Source of the DNA: Candidatus Multivorans sp.
GTDB taxonomy: Bacteria; Acidobacteriota; Thermoanaerobaculia; Multivoradales; Multivoraceae
Direction: 5' to 3'
NCBI GenBank assembly: GCA_965224025.1
Contig: CBDCYE010000001.1
Span: 1 to 64,000, forward strand
DNA: 64,000 bases
A model generated the notes under the pieces. That model made no database searches and was not told the origin of the DNA. It saw only the letters and a program-made list of their open reading frames with translations. A program made the position numbers and the translations under genes. Of the stretch, positions 47,554 to 58,783 are shown piece after piece (position 1 is the stretch's first letter; each line of letters opens with the position of its first letter).

Positions 47554-49043
47554 GCCGGCCCGCATCCGCCATCGCTCACACGCGGGAGTTCCTGGCCGAC
47601 ACGTCGACGCCGCTCGGCGTCTACAGCAAGCTGGCCGCGCATGCGGAGGGCGACTCCGGGGCGCGGCGCTTCCTGCTCGAGAGCATCACCGGCGGCGAGC
47701 ACGTGTCGCGCTACAGCTTCCTCGGCGCGAGCCCGTCGCAGGTCTGCCGCGTGTACGTCGACCGGCTGGAGACCCTTGACCTCCATCGTCGCGGTGAGGT
47801 TCAGATCGAGCCCGGCGATCCGCTGCCGAAGCTACGGCGCCTGCTCGACGGTGTGACCGCCGATCCGGCGCCGCCGTTGCCGTTTGCCGGCGGCTGGATC
47901 GGCGCCTTCGGCTTCGACGCGATCCGGCTCGTCGAGCCGTGTCTGGTCGACCATCCGGCCGGCCGCCCACCCGACCCGTTCGGCCTGCCGATCGCCACCC
48001 TGGCCCGCTTCGACGACGTGCTCGTGTTCGATCACGCCCGCCAGCGGATCGTCGCGGTGGCGAACGAGATCACGGGCGAGACGACGGCGCCGGAGGCCGA
48101 AGCGCGGCTCGATGAACTGCAGGCGGTCCTCGAGAGCCGCGGCGAGGCCACGGCGGCCCGGGTCGAGGACCTGGGTGTCAAGGCAGAGACCGCCGCCCCG
48201 ACGCTGAGCGACGAAGAGTACGGCCGGGCAGTGATGGCGGCGAAGGAGTACATCGCCGCCGGCGACATCTTCCAGGTTGTGCTGGCGCGCCGCTGGACTC
48301 TCGACCTGGACGTGTCGCCGGCGACCCTCTACCGGGCGCTGCGCCTGGTCAACCCGTCGCCGTACATGGTGCTCTTCGAGGCGCCCGAGGCGTCGTTGAT
48401 CGGCGCTTCGCCGGAGATGCTGGTGCGGCGCACGGGGCGGCGCCTGGAGGTGCGGCCGATCGCCGGCACCCGCCCCCGCGGCAGGACCGCGGCGGAGGAC
48501 CGCGCTCTGGCCGAGGAACTGATGGCCGACCCCAAGGAGCGCGCGGAGCACGTGATGCTGGTCGACCTGGGGCGCAACGACCTCGGACGGGTGGCGTCGC
48601 CGGGCGGGGTCTCGGTGGCCGACTTCATGGTCATCGAGCACTACAGCGACGTGATGCACATCGTCAGTTCGGTCGAGGCGGAGCAGTCCGCCGCGGCCGG
48701 AAACGGCGCCGGCTCGGCCCTCGATGCTCTCCTGGCCTGCTTCCCGGCCGGCACGCTGTCCGGGGCGCCGAAGATCCGCGCGGTGGAGATCATCGACGAA
48801 CTCGAGCCGGAGGCGCGCGGGATGTACGGGGGCTCGGTGGGCTACTTCTCGTTCGGCGGCGACATGGACACCTGCATCACGATCCGCACCCTGACCCTGG
48901 CGAACGGCGAGGCCTCGATCACCGCCGGGGCCGGCATCGTCGCCGATTCCGACCCGGTGCGCGAGGCGCAGGAGACCCGGGACAAGGCCGCGGCGCTGCT
49001 GCGGGCGGTGGCGCTGGCGCGTGACCTGGAGGGCCGGGCATGA
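47550..49043 (+). CDS. trpE: Anthranilate synthase component I
   Basis: FLLES, GDIFQVV, NPSPYM, PIAGT, EHVMLVDLGRND and GAPK. Confidence 0.94.
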   Translation: MSRPASAIAHTREFLADTSTPLGVYSKLAAHAEGDSGARRFLLESITGGEHVSRYSFLGASPSQVCRVYVDRLETLDLHRRGEVQIEPGDPLPKLRRLLDGVTADPAPPLPFAGGWIGAFGFDAIRLVEPCLVDHPAGRPPDPFGLPIATLARFDDVLVFDHARQRIVAVANEITGETTAPEAEARLDELQAVLESRGEATAARVEDLGVKAETAAPTLSDEEYGRAVMAAKEYIAAGDIFQVVLARRWTLDLDVSPATLYRALRLVNPSPYMVLFEAPEASLIGASPEMLVRRTGRRLEVRPIAGTRPRGRTAAEDRALAEELMADPKERAEHVMLVDLGRNDLGRVASPGGVSVADFMVIEHYSDVMHIVSSVEAEQSAAAGNGAGSALDALLACFPAGTLSGAPKIRAVEIIDELEPEARGMYGGSVGYFSFGGDMDTCITIRTLTLANGEASITAGAGIVADSDPVREAQETRDKAAALLRAVALARDLEGRA

Positions 49044-49618
49044 TCCTCGTCATCGACAACTACGACTCCTTCACCTACAACCTGGTCCAGATGTTCGGCG
49101 GTCTCGGCGCCGAACTCGAGGTGGTGCGCAACGATGTCGAGAGCGTGCCGGACCTGCTGGCGCGCGACTCGGAAGGCATCGTCCTGTCGCCGGGGCCGGG
49201 TCGGCCGGAGGACGCGGGAGTCTGCATCGACCTCCTGCGGGCGAAACCCGACGTGCCCCTGCTCGGCGTTTGCCTGGGACACCAGGCGCTCGGCTCGGCA
49301 TTCGGCGGCACCGTCAGCCGGGCAACGGTGCTGATGCATGGCAAGACCTCCGAAGTCGAGCACGGGGGGGTTGGTCTGCTGTCCGGCCTGCCGTCGCCCT
49401 TCGTCGCCACGCGCTACCACTCGCTGGCGGTCGAGGAGGAGAGCCTGCCGGCACAGCTTCAGCCGCTGGCCTGGAGCGAAGACGGAACGCTCATGGCGAT
49501 GCGGCACCGGGAACTGCCCTACTGGGGCGTCCAGTTCCATCCGGAGTCGGTGCTCACGCACACTGGACCGCAGCTACTTCAGAACTTCCTCGATCTGTGT
49601 GGAGAGGCCTATGACTGA
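49040..49618 (+). CDS. trpG: Anthranilate synthase component II
   Basis: IDNYDSFTYNL, SPGPG, GVCLGHQ and QFHPES. Confidence 0.94.
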   Translation: MILVIDNYDSFTYNLVQMFGGLGAELEVVRNDVESVPDLLARDSEGIVLSPGPGRPEDAGVCIDLLRAKPDVPLLGVCLGHQALGSAFGGTVSRATVLMHGKTSEVEHGGVGLLSGLPSPFVATRYHSLAVEEESLPAQLQPLAWSEDGTLMAMRHRELPYWGVQFHPESVLTHTGPQLLQNFLDLCGEAYD

Positions 49619-50651
49619 TCTCGACCTTTCGACCCTGTTGCGAACGGCGATCGCCGGCGAGGACCTTCCCGCCACGACAGTGGAGGAGCTGTTCGGCCGG
49701 CTGATGGACGGCGAACTGTCCGAGGTGTGGAAGAGCGCGTTCCTGGTTGCGCTGGCGGCAAAGAGTGAGTCGGTGGGTGAGATCGCCGGCGCCGCACGGG
49801 CGATGCGGGCGCGGGCGGCGCGCGTGCCGCACACGAGTTCCGGCGTGATCGACACCTGCGGCACCGGCGGCGACGGCCGCGGCACGTTCAACATCTCGAC
49901 CGCGGCCGCCCTGGTGGCGGCTGCGGGCGGCGCGCGGGTGGCCAAGCACGGCAACCGCGCCGTGTCGAGCCGCTCCGGTTCGGCGGACGTGCTCGACGCT
50001 CTCGGCGTGCAGCTCTCGGGCGACACGGAGGCGCTCGGACGCTGCCTCGACGAGGTCGGCATCGCCTTCCTGTTCGCGCCGATGCTCCACCCGGCGATGG
50101 CCCAGGTCATGCCGGTGCGGCGCGAACTCGGCGTGCGCACGCTGTTCAACGTGCTGGGGCCCTTGACGAACCCGGCCGGGTCGAAGCGTCAGTTGATCGG
50201 CGTCTTCGCGGCCGATCTGGTCGAAGAAGTCGCGCACGTGCTGCGGGAACTCGGAAGCGAGCACGCCCTGGTCGTCCACGGCGACGGTCTGGACGAGATC
50301 ACGACCACCGGGACGACCGGGGTCGCCGAGGTCCGTAACGGCGAGGTCCGCACCTTCGAAGTTCATCCACGCGACTTCGGGATCGCCGCGGCGTCGCCGG
50401 ACGACCTGGTCGGCGGCGCCCCCGAGAGGAACGTCGAGCTGATGCGCGGCGTGCTCGATGGCGGCGGAGGCGCCCTCGCGGACATCACATGTCTCAACGC
50501 CGGGGCCGCGCTCTTTGTCGCCGGCAGGGCGGACAGCCTCGCCGCCGGTGTCGCCGCTGCGTTCGAGGTTCAGCGCTCGGGAGCGGCGGCCAGGAAGCTC
50601 GAAGAGCTCGTCGGCTGGGCCGGCTGGGACGACGGAGGCGACGGAGACTGA
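49611..50651 (+). CDS. trpD: Anthranilate phosphoribosyltransferase
   Basis: DTCGTGGDG, FNIST, KHGNR and GPLTNP. Confidence 0.96.
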   Translation: MTDLDLSTLLRTAIAGEDLPATTVEELFGRLMDGELSEVWKSAFLVALAAKSESVGEIAGAARAMRARAARVPHTSSGVIDTCGTGGDGRGTFNISTAAALVAAAGGARVAKHGNRAVSSRSGSADVLDALGVQLSGDTEALGRCLDEVGIAFLFAPMLHPAMAQVMPVRRELGVRTLFNVLGPLTNPAGSKRQLIGVFAADLVEEVAHVLRELGSEHALVVHGDGLDEITTTGTTGVAEVRNGEVRTFEVHPRDFGIAAASPDDLVGGAPERNVELMRGVLDGGGGALADITCLNAGAALFVAGRADSLAAGVAAAFEVQRSGAAARKLEELVGWAGWDDGGDGD

Positions 50652-50655
50652 GGCC

Positions 50656-51585
50656 GTGTCCGAGGTTCCAGACATCCTGCGGCGCATCTGCGAACAGCGC
50701 CGCCGGCGCGTGGCCGTCGCTGTGAACCCGGGCTCCGCCCCTGGGAGCGCGGGCGTCTCGCCCGCATCCGCCTCCCCCCGCCTCGCCCCCGACGCCCCGG
50801 GCCGCCGTTTCCTCGACGCCATCTCCACCCGCCGTGGCCGCGCCGTAGTCGCCGAGATCAAGATGGGATCGCCCAAGCTCGGCGACCTCCGCGGCCGCTT
50901 CGACCCGGTCGCGCGGGCCGAGACCTACGCCGCTGCCGGCGCGGCCTGCCTGTCGGTGGTGGTCGAGCCGGACCACTTCTACGGCAGCTACGAGCTGCTC
51001 GCCGAATGCACCGCCGCGTCCGGCCTGCCCGCGGTGGCGAAGGACTTCGTGGTCTCCGACATGCAGCTCGAGTGGGCGCGCGATGCCGGTGCCTCCGCAG
51101 TGCTCCTGATCGCCGCCCTCTACGACGCCGCGGAGTTGCGGCGGCTGGCGGCGCTCGCCCGGGGCTTGGGCCTCGTGCCCCTGATCGAGACCCACGACGA
51201 CGAGGACTTCGAGAAGCTGGCCCCCCTGGGAGCGCAGGCCGCCAGCCCGCTTCCGGCCCTGGGAACGCGGGCTTCCAGCCCGCATCCGGGTCGCCCGCAA
51301 CGCGGCAGTGAGGCCCCAGACTGGGAACTCGTCGGCATCAACAACCGCGACCTGCGCACGTTCGAGGTCGACCTGGAACGAAGCGCCGACCGCGTCGGCC
51401 GCCTCCCGGCGTCGGCTCTCAAGGTCGCCGAGTCGGGGATTCAAACGGGCGCCGATGTCGCCAGGCTGCGGCAGGCCGGCTTCGACGCCTTCCTCATCGG
51501 CGAGCGCCTGGTGCTCTCCGGCGATCCGGCCGCCGCGCTCGCCGAACTACTGGGTGCGCCGGCAACGTCGAAGGTGACCCCATGA
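50656..51585 (+). CDS. trpC: Indole-3-glycerol-phosphate synthase with two repeat-derived insertions
   Basis: AEIK..SP, KDF, GINNRDL, AESGI and LIGE. Confidence 0.92.
   Translation: MSEVPDILRRICEQRRRRVAVAVNPGSAPGSAGVSPASASPRLAPDAPGRRFLDAISTRRGRAVVAEIKMGSPKLGDLRGRFDPVARAETYAAAGAACLSVVVEPDHFYGSYELLAECTAASGLPAVAKDFVVSDMQLEWARDAGASAVLLIAALYDAAELRRLAALARGLGLVPLIETHDDEDFEKLAPLGAQAASPLPALGTRASSPHPGRPQRGSEAPDWELVGINNRDLRTFEVDLERSADRVGRLPASALKVAESGIQTGADVARLRQAGFDAFLIGERLVLSGDPAAALAELLGAPATSKVTP
51224..51289 (+). repeat. Two tandem REP-like units inside trpC
   Basis: CCCTGGGAGCGCAGGCCGCCAGCCCGCTTCCGG followed by CCCTGGGAACGCGGGCTTCCAGCCCGCATCCGG. Confidence 0.85.
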
Positions 51586-52219
51586 AGGTCAAGATCTGCG
51601 GCGTCACCACGCCCGTCGACGCCCGGCTCGCCGTCGATCTCGGCGCCGACTTCATCGGCCTCAACTTCTACCGGCCGAGCCCGCGCTGGATCGACATCGA
51701 GCAGGCCGCACAGATCCGGGCTGCCGTCGGGGACCGGGCGCAAGCCGTCGGCATCTTCGTCAACCCCACGCGGGAAGAACTCGAAACAGCCGACCGCAGG
51801 GTCGGCCTCGACTTCCTGCAGTTCAGCGGCGACGAGAGCCCGGAACTCCTGGCCGAGTTCAAGGACCGCGCCATCCGCGTGCGGCGCGTCGGCGGCGTGG
51901 CCGCCGCGCCGGGCCGGATTCCGGACGAGGACTGCTGGGCGGTCCTGATCGACCGCGCCCACGACCGGCTCTACGGCGGTTCCGGCGAAAGCTGGGACTA
52001 CGCGGCGGCGGCCGATCTCGCTCTGGCGCCGGCCGGCGGCAGGGCGCGCCGGGTCTTCATTGCCGGCGGCATCGGCCCCGGCAACGTTGCGGAGGTCGTC
52101 GCGGCCGTGCCCGGCGCCTACGCCGTCGACACCTGTTCAGGTGTCGAGTCCTCGCCCGGACACAAGGACCGCGCCAAGCTGGAGCAACTGTTCGCCAACC
52201 TCGCAGAGGGAGCAGCACG

Positions 52220-52223
<4 letters not shown>
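51582..52223 (+). CDS. trpF: Phosphoribosylanthranilate isomerase
   Basis: VKICG, SPR, GGSG, AGG and SGVE..PGHKD. Confidence 0.93.
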
Positions 52224-53499
<1,276 letters not shown>

Positions 53500-53503
<4 letters not shown>

Positions 53504-54330
53504 CCCCCCTCCGCAAGCGCCCCTCACGCAGCGGAGCCATCGCCGCCGCCTTTGCCCGCTGCTCCAGGCAGAAGCGCGCCGCCTTCATCCCCTTCCTCGT
53601 CGCCGGCGATCCCAGCCTCGAAGCCACGCCCGACCTGCTGCGCGCCCTCGTGGCCGGCGGCGCCGACGTGATCGAGCTCGGCGTTTCCTTCTCCGATCCG
53701 ATCGCCGACGGTCCCACGATTCAGCGCGCTTCGAACCGGGCTCTCGCCGCAGGTTCCTCGCTCAGCGCGGTGCTTGGGATCATCGAGCGCCACCGGGAGG
53801 AGCTGGGCGTTCCGATCGTCCTGTTCACCTACTACAACCCCGTCCACGCCCGCGGCGTTGCGACCTTCGCCGCCAAGGCCGCCGACAGCGGGGTCGACGG
53901 CGTGCTCTGCGTCGACCTGCCGCCCGAGGAAGGCCTGCGCGAACTGCAGCCGGCCCTCGTGGAACGCGGCGTCGACTCGATCTATCTGATCGCCGCCACC
54001 AGCACGAAGGAGCGCATCGACCGAGCCGCGGCGGCGTCGAACGGCTTCGTGTACTACACCGCGCGCTCCGACGTCACCGGCGAGCGCGAGGACCTGATCC
54101 CCACCCTGGCCCGGGAAGTGAAGCGGGTGCGACGGCGGGTCCGCCTACCGGTCGCCGTCGGCTTCGGCATATCGACCCCCGAGCAGGTCGAGGAAGTGGC
54201 TGCGGTCACCCACGGCGTCGTCGTCGGCAGCTCTCTGGTCCGCCTGGTCGAGGAGAACGCCACGGAACCCGGCTTGGCGGCGAGGCTCGAACGCCGCGTC
54301 GGCGAGTTGACGGCGCCGCTGCGGCGCTGA
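53500..54330 (+). CDS. trpA: Tryptophan synthase alpha chain
   Basis: [31 protein letters not shown] and VGFGI. Confidence 0.95.
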
Positions 54331-54559
54331 CACCCGCCCCGCGGGGGGCGCGGCGCGGAGTGGCGCGGCCGTTCCGGTGTCCGCCGAGCGGAGAGCGGGC
54401 GACAATGTGGCAGATCTGGCCGGTCTTGGGAGAATTTGACCGAAATCCGCTAAATGGCGGCCGGTTCTCTTCCGTATCTGTCCCTAGAGTATTTCGCGGA
54501 GTCCACACCGCAACCACCACCTTGAAGGAGGATGGCCAAGTGCAGACCGAGGATGACGA

Positions 54560-55441
54560 GTGAACGGCAGCAGCTCAAAGAAAGCACTGGCTGTGATCGC
54601 GGCGGCCTGCGCCATGCTGGCCGCGTCGGTGCGCGAAGCGGCGCCCGGTCGTCAGCCCGAGTCGTTCCCGGCGCCGCCGCGTCTCGAGGATATTGCTCTG
54701 CTTGAAGAGATCCAGGCTTGGCTTGAACCAACCGGCTCGGACACAGCGTCGATCCGGGCCGGCGTCCCCCTGCATGAGTCGATTCGAGCGCGCCGGGCAA
54801 GCTTCGAGCTCTTCATAGGCGTCGCGGACGGCAGCGCGGTTCGGGACCGGATGCAGCGCGTTCCATTCGGCTCACAGATTCTCTCCGTGGCCGGGCGCCA
54901 CGGGATCGACCCCCTGCTCGTAGCGGCACTCGTCCAGACCGAGTCCGCCTTCGACGACCTGGCGGTCTCGCCTCGGGGCGCGTGTGGCCTGATGCAGTTG
55001 ATGCCGGCAACGGCCCAGTATTTTGGCGTGAGCAACGTCTACGACCCGAGCGAGAACCTGGAGGCGGGCACACGCTATCTGGTCTCGCTCCTGCGCCGGT
55101 TCGATGGCGACCTGGGGCTCAGTTTGGCGGCCTACAATGCCGGGCCAAGCGCTGTCGGCCGCTTCGGCGGCCTACCGCCGTTTCGCGAGACGCGCAACTT
55201 CACCGAAGGCGTCCTGCGCATCTACGTCGAGCACCACAGGGCGGCGTGGGTTGCCGTCCATCCGAGACGGCTCGATTCCGACGTTCTGGGCCGGATCCGG
55301 CGCCGAGCCTGCGCGTTGCACCCGTCGAGCGGGACCGCGGTTGTGACAGCGCCGCCCGCAGTGGACCCGCAGCGTTTCCGGCGGTCTGGCGATGGACCGT
55401 GTGCGGGCATGAAGAAGCGTCGGAAGTCAACGGCGTCGTAG
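54560..55441 (+). CDS. Lytic transglycosylase (SLT domain)
   Basis: ES catalytic motif (QTESAF), GLMQLMP, AAYNAG and ET. Confidence 0.88.
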   Translation: MNGSSSKKALAVIAAACAMLAASVREAAPGRQPESFPAPPRLEDIALLEEIQAWLEPTGSDTASIRAGVPLHESIRARRASFELFIGVADGSAVRDRMQRVPFGSQILSVAGRHGIDPLLVAALVQTESAFDDLAVSPRGACGLMQLMPATAQYFGVSNVYDPSENLEAGTRYLVSLLRRFDGDLGLSLAAYNAGPSAVGRFGGLPPFRETRNFTEGVLRIYVEHHRAAWVAVHPRRLDSDVLGRIRRRACALHPSSGTAVVTAPPAVDPQRFRRSGDGPCAGMKKRRKSTAS

Positions 55442-55468
55442 CCTGGGCCGCGCGTATCCGGGAGAGGG

Positions 55469-57510
55469 CTAGCCGGAACTTCACGGTCGATTTCCGGCGT
55501 CGTTTGGCGGCAGATCGTTGATGGCAGTTGGTTTTCGGGCACTTGGGGCTAGTCCAGGAGCGGGATATTTGTTTACATGCAAACGAATGCGGACATGTAG
55601 ACAGATCTATGTATTGCCGGTAGGATTCTCGCCACAGCGTGTTTACATGCTGGCCAAGGCGACATGTCCTTCCGCATCGATGTCATCTCCAACCGCGGCC
55701 GCTCGCCGCAGACTCTGCTCCGGCAGTCCTGGCGAGAAGGCAAGCGCGTACGACACAAGACGGTCGCAAACCTCACCAAGCTCCCGCCGCACGTCGTAGA
55801 CGGATTCCGCGCCGTCCTCAAGGGCGGCGCCGTCTTCGCCGGCATCGACCAGGCCGTCTCCATCCGAAGGGCCCTCCTGCACGGCCACGTCGCCGCCATC
55901 CTCGGCGTCGCCCGACAGCTCGGACTCCCGCGCATCCTCGACCGCAAGAGCACACGCCGCGGCAAGCTCGCTCTCGCGGCCGTCGTCGCCCGCATCATCG
56001 ACCCGGCCTCGAAGCTCTCCACGGCACGGCATCTCTCGCCGGATACGGCCGCCTCGAGTCTCGGGACCGTCCTCGGACTCGGGCGCGTCACCGGCAACGA
56101 GATGCTCGCCATGCTCGACTGGCTTCACTCTCGGCAGCGTCACATCGAAGCCAGTCTCGCGAGGCGGCATCTCGCCGGAAGCACACTGATCCTCTACGAC
56201 GTCAGCTCAAGCTTCGTGGAGGGCAGGTGCTGCCCGCTCGCCGCCTTCGGCCACAACCGGGACGGGAAGAAAGGCAAGAAGCAGATCACCTACGGGCTTC
56301 TCTGCAGCGCCGACGGATGCCCGGTGGCCGTCGAGGTGTTCTCCGGCAACGTCAGCGACCCGTCCACGGTGAGCGCTCAGGTGCTCAAGCTCCGCAAGCG
56401 CTTTCGCATCGAGCGGATCGCGCTCGTCGGGGATCGGGGCATGCTCACCAGCGCGCGCATCCGCGAGGACGTCGAGCCCGCCGGGCTCGACTGGATCTCG
56501 GCACTGAAGACGACCGAGATCCGAAAGCTCCTCGTCACGCGAGACCCCGAGGAGAATGCCCGGCCGCCGCTTCGCCCGGAGGATCTCGTGGCCGACCAGG
56601 TGGCCGAAATCACCAGCCCGGACTTCCCCGGCGAGCGCCTCATGGTCTGCTTGAACCCGCGTCTGCGTGAGGAACGGGCGCGAAAACGCGAGGACCTGCT
56701 TGCAGCAACCGATGCCGCCCTCGCCGAAATCGACGCAAGTGCCCGGAGGCGACGGCCCGGAGCAAGCAACCGCGACCGCATCCACGCCGCGGTCGGCGAA
56801 CAGGCCAACCGGTGGAAGGTGCGCAAGCACTTCGACATCGAGGTGCGCGACGACGGAATCAGTTGGGAGCGCAACCAGGAGAAGATCGACGCCGAGTCCC
56901 GGCTCGACGGCGTCTACATCATACGCACCAGCCTCTCGGGCGCCGAGATCGACGCCGAGCAGACGGTCGAGGCCTACAAGGCGCTCGCACGCGTTGAACG
57001 AGCCTTCCGGGCGATCAAGACCGACCGCCTCCAAGTGCGCCCGATCCATGTCTACGCGGAGAACCGGGTACGGGCACATGTCTTCCTCTGCATGCTCGCC
57101 TGGTACCTGGAATGGCACATGCGCCGCACGCTCGCGCCGCTCCTCTTCGAGGACGACGATCCCGAAGGCGCGAGCGCCAAGCGATCCACCCCGGTCGAAA
57201 AGGCACGACCGTCCGACAGCGCAAGAAGGAAGACCGCTTCCAAGACCACGCCCGACGGCCTCCCCGTCCAGAACATGGCCGATCTGTTGAACCACCTCGG
57301 AAGCCTGACACTCAACGAGGTCACCCTCCAAGGTCAGCCCGACAGCCGGTTCATGGTCACCGCCGAACCGACGCCACTACAGCAAAAGGCCTTCCAACTC
57401 CTCAAACTCCCAGCGAAACCCGTGTTTACAGCAGTCTGACACCGCAATCTGGAGATCCTGCCCGTGTTTACTGCCGCTTCTGCGTCCAGGCCAAGTGAAG
57501 TTCCGGCTAG
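55469..57510 (+). mobile_element. IS1634-family element (left boundary 55469 or 55549)
   Basis: CTAGCCGGAACTTCAC (55469-55484) is the exact reverse complement of 57495-57510. A second CTAG-initiated end lies at 55549. Confidence 0.85.
55664..57439 (+). CDS. IS1634-family DDE transposase
   Basis: LYDVSS, FGHNRDGK, VGDRGM, DGVYIIRT, VERAFR and RAHVFLCMLA. Confidence 0.93.
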   Translation: MSFRIDVISNRGRSPQTLLRQSWREGKRVRHKTVANLTKLPPHVVDGFRAVLKGGAVFAGIDQAVSIRRALLHGHVAAILGVARQLGLPRILDRKSTRRGKLALAAVVARIIDPASKLSTARHLSPDTAASSLGTVLGLGRVTGNEMLAMLDWLHSRQRHIEASLARRHLAGSTLILYDVSSSFVEGRCCPLAAFGHNRDGKKGKKQITYGLLCSADGCPVAVEVFSGNVSDPSTVSAQVLKLRKRFRIERIALVGDRGMLTSARIREDVEPAGLDWISALKTTEIRKLLVTRDPEENARPPLRPEDLVADQVAEITSPDFPGERLMVCLNPRLREERARKREDLLAATDAALAEIDASARRRRPGASNRDRIHAAVGEQANRWKVRKHFDIEVRDDGISWERNQEKIDAESRLDGVYIIRTSLSGAEIDAEQTVEAYKALARVERAFRAIKTDRLQVRPIHVYAENRVRAHVFLCMLAWYLEWHMRRTLAPLLFEDDDPEGASAKRSTPVEKARPSDSARRKTASKTTPDGLPVQNMADLLNHLGSLTLNEVTLQGQPDSRFMVTAEPTPLQQKAFQLLKLPAKPVFTAV

Positions 57511-57530
57511 CGTTAGAATGCCCGTACTCA

Positions 57531-58640
57531 ATGGGCGGGCGATCGTTTCCCTGGCGGTCCAGACCGACTTGGCTTTGCTGGTCGGGCGGGAAGGAGTCGG
57601 CTTGGGCGCTCCGGGAGCTCCGGGCCGAGCCTTCCTGCGATGTCCGCGGACTGATCGCACTGGTGAACGAGAAGAACGGCCGCGTCATCCTGCACGGCGT
57701 TCGGCACACGCTGCTTCAATGGCAGGCCGAGGCGGTCGAGCTGCCGCTGCGGCTCATTCCGCTGGATTGGACATCCTCGGCGACCGAGCGGAACGCTGCC
57801 CTGGCCAGAGGGTTCGGCGAGCTAAGGACGGATGGCGCGCAGCGTGTCGCCTTTGGCGACCTGTTGTCTGTGCGCGGCCGCGACCGACGCCTGCTGGTCA
57901 CTGCCGAATCGGGACTCGAAACGGTCTTTCCGCTCTGGGGACGGGACACGTGCGACCACTCGGCAGACATTCTGGAGGCCGGTCTGTCGGCCTGGATTTG
58001 CTGCGTCGACACCGGCTGCATACCGGCGGATTGCGTGGCGCGCCGTTTCGACGCGAACTTCGTGGCCCGTCTGCCCGACGGCGTCGACCCGTGCGGCGGG
58101 AACGACGAGTTCCACACCTTCGTGGAATGGGCGCCGGGCTGGAACCGTCGCGTGCGGGTCGAGCCGACCCGAGAGATCGAGGTCTACGACGGCGCCTTCG
58201 CGGAACTGGAACCGGCGCCCGAGGCCGCCGTCCGCGCCCAGCCCGGCGACGGAGTCGGGGAGGTTTGGGCGGGGGACGGCTCTCCTGCGCAGCCGGCCAT
58301 CGACCCCTTCAGCCATTTCGCGCGGCTCGACCGCGTGCGGCGGTATGTTGACGCCCATCTCGCCGGCGACCTGGGTGTCGACGTGGTCGCCAAGGTCGCG
58401 GCGATGTCGCCGACGGGCTTTTCCCGGTACTTCCGGGAGCACGTGCGGATGACCTTCACGTCCTGGTTGGTCCACCGGCGGGTCGAGCACGCATGCCTGC
58501 TGCTGCGGGAGCGCAACATCGCGGTGAGCCGGATCGGGGAAGCCGTCGGTTTCCACAGCGAGCGGACGTTTCGCCGGGCCTTTCACGAACAGATGGATTG
58601 CAGCCCCTCGGCGTACAGGAAGCGGTCGCTCGAGGAGTAG
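57531..58640 (+). CDS. Diphthamide-synthase-like (PP-loop ATP-binding) domain fused to AraC HTH
   Basis: WSGGKES, FGDL, FPLW and DPCGGNDEFHTFV, then AMSPTGFSRYF...RVEHACLLL...VGF...FRRAF...SPSAYR. Confidence 0.8.
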   Translation: MGGRSFPWRSRPTWLCWSGGKESAWALRELRAEPSCDVRGLIALVNEKNGRVILHGVRHTLLQWQAEAVELPLRLIPLDWTSSATERNAALARGFGELRTDGAQRVAFGDLLSVRGRDRRLLVTAESGLETVFPLWGRDTCDHSADILEAGLSAWICCVDTGCIPADCVARRFDANFVARLPDGVDPCGGNDEFHTFVEWAPGWNRRVRVEPTREIEVYDGAFAELEPAPEAAVRAQPGDGVGEVWAGDGSPAQPAIDPFSHFARLDRVRRYVDAHLAGDLGVDVVAKVAAMSPTGFSRYFREHVRMTFTSWLVHRRVEHACLLLRERNIAVSRIGEAVGFHSERTFRRAFHEQMDCSPSAYRKRSLEE

Positions 58641-58783
58641 GCGGAGTTGGGGGCATGGACGCCGTGGCGCCCACCTTCGTACCAGTCAATAGACTGGCCG
58701 GGAGGGACTCGGAGGGAATGGGACGACGAACCGAAGGCCGCGGGGCTACAGTGACGCTGGGCCCCCGTTTCGGCTGGTGGCGG

